Source: Octopus vulgaris
Lineage: Eukaryota
Assembly (NCBI GenBank): GCA_951406725.2
Contig: OX597817.1
Location: 51,088,001-51,152,000 of the forward strand
DNA length: 64,000 bases
Reading direction: 5' to 3'
Each line of letters begins with the position of its first letter. The stretch's first letter is position 1. The translations under genes were made by a program, and so were the position numbers. This document shows, piece after piece, positions 54,203-64,000 of this stretch. Below the pieces are notes generated by a model. It was not told where the DNA came from. It worked only from the letters and a program-made list of their open reading frames with translations, and made no database searches.

Positions 54203-55189
54203 GTGAGTGAGACTGATCGATGTCAAAATTGTAGAATCTTTTGGTCACACATTTTTGTACTTGTGGCCATAGTAAATTTTGTTTAGAAAAACACTAGAAA
54301 CATATTCTTTTGCAGACTTTAATAATTAAGACGCCCAAATGGTTTGTTACAGGATTTCTTCTTTCTCAAAATGACTAAATATCCATCATTAATAATGATA
54401 TATTAATAAATGTATAAACAATCTAACACAGAGTATAATACGATTTCCTCCCACAAATTAATTGAAGGCTACAAGTACAGTTTTAAACTGAATAGTTAGC
54501 CAATTATCTAGGTACGATCAGGAAAACAAGCGTACGTTTGATTTAGCGATAAAGTCAACTCGCGATGCTATTTAATTGATAATTTACAACGACTCTCTGG
54601 ATTTATGGATATCACACAAACGTAGACACAATTATTATACGTTTCTTACTGTAAATGATGAGCGCTAACATCAATTAAGATATCTTTTGACAACCTTACA
54701 TTCATAACACCACCCACACTGAGTCACAATCACAATGATCCCTCTCTTCAAAATCCTTAAAATTCTTTATCCATGATAATTGGAGGACCCTTTACAACAG
54801 TAATATAAATTTGGCATTCGAACACTAAGATATATAAACACATCGAAACAATTAATGAGTCAACTGGTTGATAATGATTCATTAATTAATACACTGCAAT
54901 CTGTATTTCACATTCTCTTTTATTTTAACCACTTTATCCGTTATTAAAACATCTTTCCTTCTCAAGTAGATATTGGGACCGTTTCAGTTACGTTCTGTTT
55001 TCCAATATATTTCTGATCCTCCCGTTAACCTTGCAATAAGTCACCTTCCAAATCCCACACAAATACTTCTCATGAATCTTTTTCGCTGAACTACGTCAAT
55101 AAAGGCGATATCGTTTACTTTATTTTTCGTGAGGGACTCACAGACATTCAAAGTCATCAACAACGGCAGCACTCCAAGTAATTTCAGAA

Positions 55190-55398
55190 ATATTAATTGC
55201 AAATTTTGGCACAGGGCCAGCAATTTGTGGGGAGGGATTAAGTCGATTACAACGACTCCAGTGTCCAATTGATAATTATTTTATCGACCCCCGGGCAAAA
55301 TCGACCTCGGCAGAATTTGAACCCAGAACGTAAATGAGGACGAAATGCGCTAAGCATATAACCCGGTGTGCTAACGATTCTACCAGCTCGCCGCCTTG
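55190..55398 (-). mobile_element. SINE family A, tail type 2
   Basis: Reverse-complement match to the other family A copies. Confidence 0.75.
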
Positions 55399-55816
55399 AT
55401 AATGTCCGTATCCTCGAACAGTGTTGTAGAGAAACATTTATTTACTAGGATAACTGGACAAATACGAGTGCATGGGCTGATTGTTCCATTTCGTAGAATT
55501 TGAAACCTTAAAATTTTATTTCAAAATATTGTGCCAAATATGTTGTACTTTCCTCAAAACATTTGCCCATATTTTGGGGATTATGTAATGTTTATTACTG
55601 ACGATATTGATGTTCAAATTATCAACAGAAATTTCATATTTCGTTGAATGAATTTATTGTTAAAGTTTTCCAATAGATATTACATTTACTAGATTTATAC
55701 ACCGCGCACGGAATGTTATTAGATTTGTGGCACACGGAGCTTCAATGTAGCACACAAATGCATCAGGTTTTAAATATTGCTTATTATTGGAAAACTAGTG
55801 TAGTTTTACATGACTA

Positions 55817-55859
<43 letters not shown>

Positions 55860-56392
55860 GTACGGTTGTGTGTGTGTGTGTTTGTGCGTATGTATAGATA
55901 TATATTTTTTATGTACGTGTATGTATATCATTATGTGTGTATTGTGTGTTTGTGTGTGCGCGTGCCAAACTAATGTTCAGTAGTAAAGTTTCGTAGCCAA
56001 TCGGGTTTCCGAGTAACTCTCAAATGTTAATTCAACACAACCCCAAGTTTTGAAATAAAGAAAACTTATAATAAACTCAAATTCACAAAGTATACTCTGT
56101 AATATAGATAGGGTAATAATTCTTATTAAACGTATGAAGGGTAACATAAATAATATGTGTGCCAGCATTTATGAGCGGCAGAGTAAAAATAAGTGAGAGG
56201 CTATGCGAAAATATATTTCGTCTATGAATAGATTTACAAGCCCAGAACATCTGTGTAATAAAAATATGGAAATAAGTAAGTATGTATTCATATATGTATA
56301 TGTTTAGATATGTTTCATAAATAACGTCATAGAGCACAATGGATTGTAGAATTAAGGGGTTATTGGTTAGAATTTTTAATTCATTTAATTAT

Positions 56393-56802
56393 AGGCGCAG
56401 GAGTGGCTGTGTGGTAAGTAGCTTGCTTACCAACCACATGGTTCCGGGTTCAGTCCCAATGCGTAGTACATTGGGCAAGTGTCTTCTACTATAGCTTCAG
56501 GCCAACTAAAGCCTTGTGAGTGGATTTGGTAGACGGAAACTGAAAGAAGCCCGTCGTATATATGTATATATATATATCTGTGTGTGTGTGTGTCTGTGTT
56601 TGCCCCACCCCCACCAACATCGCTTGACAACGGATGCTGGTGTGTTTACGTCCCCGTAACTTAGCAGTTCGGCAAAAGAGACCGATAGAATAAGTACTAG
56701 GATTACAAAGAATATATCCTGGGGCCGATTTGGTTGACTAAACGCGGTGCTCCAGCATAGCCGCAATCAAATGACTGAAACAAGCAAAAGAGTAAAGAGT
56801 AT
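56393..56802 (+). mobile_element. tRNA-derived SINE, family B (CORE-like domain, internal TA/TG microsatellite, CR1-like tail), full length
   Basis: Head ggcgcaggagtggctgtgtggtaag...ccgggttcagtccc, CORE-like ttgggcaagtgtctt, tail gcggtgctccagcatagccgca...tgactgaaac. Confidence 0.85.
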
Positions 56803-57509
56803 ACTCTTTTTCGCCCAGATCCAAGTACACTTAACATTCAATTCTTCCGATATGTACAAAAATAAAAATACCAACCAAATCCTGGGATAGACATAACCGA
56901 CTACTCTCTCGAAGGAGAACTTCATTATGGCCACAGATCAATGAACAAAAGCTGCTGCAGGAATAAGTGGATAATGAATGTATGGGATTTGAAATTCTTT
57001 TAATTCTTTTCTGCATAACCTAACTTAAAAATTAAAAAAAAAAATGAGAACGCTTCAGTTGCATTGAAGCCATTCTAACTGACTTCTGAGAATGTAAGCA
57101 TGAGTCAATATGTGGATATATGAGACTGTTTATGTAAATATGTAGTCAATCATGTGCTGGACCTCCATGCCGCTTTATCATACGCTCGAGTGCTTGCGTT
57201 TCTGTGTGTAAGGTTTTTTTTGTTTTGCCGTAAACGTATTTCCAGTGGCGTGTATATTTATTTTCTTGGTGACTTGAATGGAATGATTTGTAAATTTTAA
57301 ATGTCCCATTAATTAACTGGATTTCAAGGATGTTATTTAACTTGTATTCTTCTTTCTGGGAAATCTTCAAATGCTTTTTTATGTAAATATTTTGTTACAC
57401 AAATCAGTGCACATAGGACAATGGACACAAATGAACATTCCGCATGGATTTGCACATGTATGTATGTTATAGAATATGAATCCGTAAGTGTGAGCAAATG
57501 CTGCTGCTG

Positions 57510-57510
<1 letters not shown>

Positions 57511-57583
<73 letters not shown>

Positions 57584-57653
57584 TTATATATAATATATAT
57601 ATATATATATATACTTATATATAATATATATATATATAATATAATATAATATA

Positions 57654-57710
<57 letters not shown>

Positions 57711-57732
57711 TATAAGTATATATATGTGTGTG

Positions 57733-57764
<32 letters not shown>

Positions 57765-57783
57765 TATATGCATGTATGTATGA
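57511..57783. repeat. (TA)n/(TATG)n microsatellite
   Basis: Direct reading. Confidence 0.95.
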
Positions 57784-59699
57784 ATCCATACGTGTTTATA
57801 TGCGCATATAATGGGCTGAAATTCTGGAATTATTTACGCATGTATGATTGCACTCTACGTGTATATATTTATACATTCCGACATTTCTTTAATAATGTGA
57901 ATTGTTAACAAGTGTTAATATCATTCGAAACGGAGAATATTATGAATAATCTCTTCGTATTTCCCATATAACCGAAATCGTTAAATTAATCCGTTGTAAA
58001 TTACATTTTGAAAAAGATTTCCACTTGATGTGTTAATAAAGGCTTTGATTTTTATATACACAAATGTTATATGTATATATATATATATATGTATCTTCAA
58101 TTAGTTTAATAAAACCATTCCGGTAGATGTAGGTAATTATGAATAAACACGTTAGGTGAATAAACGTGCGACCAGAAGACATAAATGGTGAGGACTTACA
58201 TAAAAGAATCAAAGAATCAACGCTCAAAGAAATCAACAAAGCAAACATTGTATTATATTTCTCATAACCAAGATAAACATTCTTAGGTGCTTCGTTTTGT
58301 TGTTTTATTGTTTAACGAAAATTACAAATGTGTGTGCGTGTGCCAGAAAGAGATAGAGAGAGAGAGAGCTACAGCGAGAGCGAAATTGAGAAGCCAGAGA
58401 GGCATTGTGATTAAAAGACAGCAGAGAGGAAAGGAGATTCGAGAAAGAATGATTATATTCTATGTTATATTAGTGTTGATATAATAATGCTATGATATAT
58501 CTACAAGCTGTGTTGTTTAAAGATTGAAACACCCCCTGTTTGATGTAATGAAAAAGGCTGTGTTTTCCGAATACTTTTAATGTTTCCATTGTAACGAATG
58601 TCCTACTGTCAAAGGAATTCCTTGTTCCATCTCTCTTGATATATGCCATTATTATTATTGTACAGTTCAGTGTTCAAAATGATGAAATAAAATCGTAAAT
58701 GATGTCTTTTCAAAATGTGATTTATTGTGTTCGATCAAAGATGCCTGACAGGCTTTTCGAAGAACTGTAGTATTTTCAGTAATATACAAATAGATAACAT
58801 TTGAACGAAACGTGAGGCAAGACCATATTTCATGATTAAGGTAAGTTGTATGTTATGTACAAAACTATATTTTATAACACAAAAGAAAAAGAAAGAGTGA
58901 ACAAGGTAAGAAGACGATTGTTATCATTGTTCGTTAGCAAAGGTTACATTTAGTAAGATGTTCTTGCATGGTTAGGTAATGTGTTCCTAGCTTTGAGTAA
59001 TGTATTGAAACGGTAAAGGTGTTAACAATCACTAAAGGTGATTACAGGAGAACAACGTGTGCTGCTAAGATGTCCGCTGTTTAGAAATTATTTTAACGCC
59101 CTGGCTGGCATTATAGCCTTTATCGACTCTCCTGCTTCAGTATGGTACAGATCCTAGAAACGCTACGCTCGTACTGCTTCGCCAAATCAACTCACGCGCA
59201 CTTTCATCATGTTTCTTTCATTAATTCAGTGCACATAATCCGCATTTTATTCTTACAACTGTCCTTTGCACTCACTTTCTTCGGACAGATGTTTGGAAAA
59301 ACGAAGTTTTGAAAAATAAATGTTAACACAGTTGCAAGCACAACACCGATGCTTCTGTAGCCTGCAACGACTGAGTAAGTATTTTACCACCCGTCTAACT
59401 AACGATACACTAACGCTCTCCGGATTTGCTATAGCACATGTCTGTCTAGCTATCGAGTAAGAGACGGAATACAGAGCGGGTATTAGGGGTTCTATGTGGC
59501 GTTTGGTACGACAACTAGACGTGGGCTCTCTGAAGATGGCTCGTAACACGAATTTTAGCTCACGACTCAAAACAGAAATTCGGCCGTGAGACGGCTCGTA
59601 CCAGGAAAATCTCATAGTTGGGAAACTTGTAAGTCGAGTTGTTTCTGTTTATACATACAAACATACACACACACACACACATATATATATCTGTAAATG

Positions 59700-59733
<34 letters not shown>

Positions 59734-59951
59734 CAAGTAACCCCAAAACTTGCAAATAACATATATTTTTATATTTGATAAATATATTATTTAATAAATA
59801 TATAATTATATTACTTGCATGTGTGCCTTTTAACAAAATATAAGCAAAATCGTGCAAAATAAATCATATATAAATCATATATAGATCGACAGATAGATAG
59901 AGAGAGAGCGGGGGGGGGGGAATAGAGAGATTGACAGACAGATATACACAC

Positions 59952-60041
<90 letters not shown>

Positions 60042-60126
60042 GGATAGATGGATGGATGGATGGATGGATGGATGGATGGATGTATGGATAGATAGATGGA
60101 TGTATGGATAGATGGATGGATGGATG
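59952..60126. repeat. (GATA)n(GATG)n microsatellite
   Basis: Direct reading. Confidence 0.95.
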
Positions 60127-60952
60127 AATAAACTAACAGACAGATAGACAGATATTACCATTTTGTATTTACGTGTGTATACCTGCGTATGTCTCTCACT
60201 CTTTCTACAGCGACCACCGTGGCTGGTATTCAACGAATTTTAAGAAATAAAGTTTGTTCTTTTTCTAATTTTCATTTGATGATTCAGCAGTCTTACAAGA
60301 AAAAAGTATTTTCTTTGATTTCTAATTTCTCGATAAGACAATTTTTATTTGCAAATGCTTACTTGTTCATAGTAAAAAGCAAAGAATACTGGAGACATTA
60401 GTTGTGATATCCCGTTCTTTGCATGCGTCTATTTACTTATCCATTTATTTAATTATTTATTGTAGGATCATCAGAGAAAAATCATACTTGTACATATAAC
60501 TTTTTATTTATTATTCCCTAAAGATATGTATAATGAATCAACTAGCTGTGCCTTGAGAGATAAAAGGACGTCCAATGATTCCGTGATGTCTATCTGTCGT
60601 ACGCTTAATCTTATAAACACAAAATCTGAAAGTGATTTCAATGGACGTTATGGATTTCAAAGGCAATGTTATGTGTTTTTTTACATTTATTCCAGTGGTT
60701 CGTTTTAGGAAGTGGGATTTGGTTCCACAGATAATTAGTTTTTCATTTTGTAATTATGTCAACATTCATATGTATGGATGTTCGAACATAAAATGATAAA
60801 GCAATGGAAGGGTACCTCTCTCTCCCTCTCTCTCTCTTTATCTATCTATCTGTCTGTTTACCTATATTTCTAGCTAGCTAGCTGTCTGTACGTCTATCCG
60901 TCTGTATATTAATCTATCTATATATATATATCTATCTCTCTATCTATCTAGC

Positions 60953-61004
<52 letters not shown>

Positions 61005-61034
61005 TATATAATGTCGATCTACCGATCGATCGGG

Positions 61035-61290
61035 CATATTATCGTTTGATCTTCATCTGTTGCTGGTCATAATGGCTTTCCTTTCTTCTCTTCACTGCAT
61101 TTTTCTCTTCCGTTTGGGTCCGAAGTTTTTCATCCGTTCTCTCCCACATCACCTTGAAGTTTTTTCAAACCGTTTCCATCCATCGCTTTGATATCACTTG
61201 ACAATTCTTGCCTGCTTGTTGTTTATGAGTCATGCGATATATCCAGGCCAGCGAATGTTTTGCTTATGGTCGTTTGCAATTACATCGTTC
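61035..61290 (-). mobile_element. Highly decayed RTE-like LINE 3' fragment
   Basis: IRWPGYIA*LINNKQARIV...RWMETV resembles the RTE RWAGHIAR...RW motif. Confidence 0.35.
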
Positions 61291-61511
61291 AATCCACTCT
61301 TTCCTCGAAAAAAAAAAAACTCGCTTAAGATATGCTCCAATAAAGATATTCCCAACATGGAGCTTTCCATATTTCCTTGTGTCGTAGCCAGTCGTTATTA
61401 CCCCTTATTCGTGGTAGCCTGTATCTTACTTACGTTTATATATACAATAGAAATACAAAATGGCTGACGGTTAGTAAGGAGAGACACACAAATAAGAAAA
61501 AAGAAAACAAA

Positions 61512-61556
61512 GGACCACTGATGCGGTCACAGGAGTGTGACGAAAGAACTCTGGCC
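61512..61556 (+). ncRNA. Degenerate hammerhead ribozyme-like motif
   Basis: gacca-CTGATGC-g-gtcac-aggagt-gtgac-GAAA-gaac-TC/tggcc; core A9 is replaced by C. Confidence 0.45.
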
Positions 61557-61970
61557 GAAATAAGATTAAGATTAATGTAAAAAAAATAACGCTGAAGCAA
61601 AGTAACACCAAATATATAGTGCGTGTGCTTTTATTGGCTAAACTGGCAAAATGACCATTCCTAAATACAACAATATATCTATCTTACTTGTTTTATAGGA
61701 ACGCAGGAAGGAATGATTATCTCCAGCTATGCATTGAAAATATCTTCGAGAACATTCCTTATCCTGTTCAACCTTGTCTATTTTCGGACTACATTTATTA
61801 TATTTTTATGAGATTTATCATGAGGTCTGCTCCTAAACTCAGTGTGTCAAGTACTCTCAGTATGGTTTCAATGTAAAGAACACCGAGGAAATGGAGAAAT
61901 TATTGTTAAAGTACAAGAGCTGTAATTCATAATAAATATTTTCTTTTACGTATGTATGTATGGATGTATG

Positions 61971-62059
<89 letters not shown>

Positions 62060-62805
62060 AAGTAGGGCAAGCAACAGGTTGCTTAGCCACATACCGCCGA
62101 AAAATTAGAAATAGCAGTCAAAGACCGCTTCTTTCTATTTTCTACACATATAACTCCACATATAACATATACATGTAACTCACATATGTAAAACAGGATG
62201 AAAAATAACGGAAACAAACAAAGTCTTCAGTTAGTTGCGGGTGAGTTTCTGTGTCAGAATTATAAACAAATTCATTCCCTTCTTCAGCGTAACATTCCTT
62301 TAGATAGATTTACAAATGTTAACTTACATAACTCTCGCTTTCCGACCCCGCACCATCGGAAATAGCATGAGACAATTAACATAGGCTAAATCCATATAGA
62401 CGAATGAATTCGTATCTTCCCTCCAAAATGTATGTATGTACGTATGTATGTATGTGCGTATGTATATATATATGTATGTGCGTATGTATGTTTGTATGTA
62501 TGTATGTATGTACGTATTTATGTATGTACGTATGTATGTATGTTTCTATGTATGTATGTATGTATGTATATGCGTATGAATGTATGCATATCTCGCGGAG
62601 GCCTCAAAAGACACTTTAAGATCCATAAAGATCAGAGCTTAGCTGCAGCTCTTGGTTGTACAAAGCAGATATTGCAATCTAAGTAGGGGTCTTTTCAAAA
62701 CAAAGTCTACTTTAAAAGGCCATATCAGACGCCATGATAGATCTAAAGTGTAAGTACAAAGAATAGACAATCGCCATATATGTATGTATGTATACATGTA
62801 TCTAT

Positions 62806-62879
<74 letters not shown>

Positions 62880-63877
62880 GTCTAACTATCTATCTATATA
62901 TCTATCTATCTATCTATTACAAACTGCATATATTGGCAATACTTGAAAATATAATGTTAGATTTAAATATTGACCATTTACATTTCGTGTAACTCAAAAA
63001 AACTATACGACACTAAGATGAACCATAGTATTTAGGCTTGTGTGTGTTTGTATACAGGCTGGTGTGCTTGTTTAAAGAACGATAAAGATATGTTCTCTGT
63101 ACGTCCTGCAGAGTTTATATTTATCAGGAAACCTTTGAGAATTTATTATGCTGCCCCTCAGAGAGACTCCATCACATGCACGATGCGCATGCGTGAAACT
63201 ATGACGCAGTAGGATGAGTTATTGAAGTGTGAATCATCGATACACACACAAACACACACACCTACACGCACACACGTAGTCGGTGTCACCCATACTCATA
63301 AAAGGCATACACACACGCACAAACACGCACACAAAACACACATATACGCATTCACACATACACAAACGCAGACACAAACGCACATACAAGCAGAAATAAC
63401 GAGAGATAGTAGACCAGTAAATAATTACATAGATATTTTCCAAAGCTATTTTATCCTAGTTATTTAAAATGGAAAAAATCAATAGAGGAATGATTAATTT
63501 TTGTATTAAATTTATGTTTAATTATTTATTAATTACTTATAATTACGTTGTTATTTTCTTGTTGAGAATTTTACATTCCCCTGGAGTAATAAAAATATCG
63601 TAGTCATAAAAGTCAACAAGATAATTTAGTTTTAGTGTTTCAACCTCCCGATTGACTACAAAATTTTGACAGAACTGAACAATATTGAAAGTCATTAAGC
63701 GTTCTTAAGGCAATTCTCTCATTCTTATTCGGTTTATTAAACTCTACTTCTCTAATTCTTTCCGCTTCTCTCGGCTATTTCTTTCCAATTTATTACACTT
63801 AATATATAAAATGACATGCTTCTCGGAGAAGCACATTAAACTCCGAAAAATTGGCAGAATTCTTATGATCATGTTTT

Positions 63878-64000
63878 AGGCGTGGCTAAGTGATAAGAAT
63901 CTTGCTTTCCAAACATATATTGTTTCGGGTTCAGTTCCAGTGTGTGGCACCTTGGCGAAGCGTTTCCTATTCCTGCCACGTGTAGACAAAAAGCCTTGTG
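63878..64000 (+). mobile_element. SINE family B 5' part, cut by the window end
   Basis: ggcgtggctaagtgataag...gggttcagttccagtgtgtggcaccttgg. Confidence 0.7.

Noticed and set aside
59253-59615. 120-aa minus-strand ORF
   Set aside because: No recognisable domain or start context; the length is compatible with chance in a GC-richer patch.
63184-63208. NRF1-like TGCGCATGCG and CRE-like TGACGCA motifs
   Set aside because: Short motifs with no supporting promoter evidence.

Overview
AT-rich, microsatellite-saturated animal DNA. The repeat content (tRNA-derived SINEs, CR1, RTE, R4/Dong and Penelope-like remnants, huge TA/TATG/GATA tracts) looks like an octopus/coleoid cephalopod genome; the species is inferred. 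Only one host gene is well supported: a 448-aa class A peptide GPCR with an intronless CDS (25321-26667, +), of the FMRFamide/myosuppressin/sex-peptide receptor-like group, probably preceded by a ~1 kb 5' UTR with uORFs. Almost all other ORFs are translations of simple repeats or SINEs. The rest is a layered repeat landscape: at least four SINE head types with shuffled bodies, LINE 3' fragments, a decayed Tc1/mariner transposase, a Mutator-like MITE with a 9-bp TSD, and two long hairpins. The most notable signals are: an intact type I hammerhead ribozyme with an extended stem II (37616-37703, minus) plus decayed relatives; a covarying 3' hairpin shared by a SINE and its probable CR1 partner; one SINE head joined to four different bodies; SINE multimers; a ~4 kb nest of insertions apparently inside one SINE's internal microsatellite; and an orphan 28-nt microexon with near-consensus splice signals. 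No wholly new multi-gene system is supported by the sequence.
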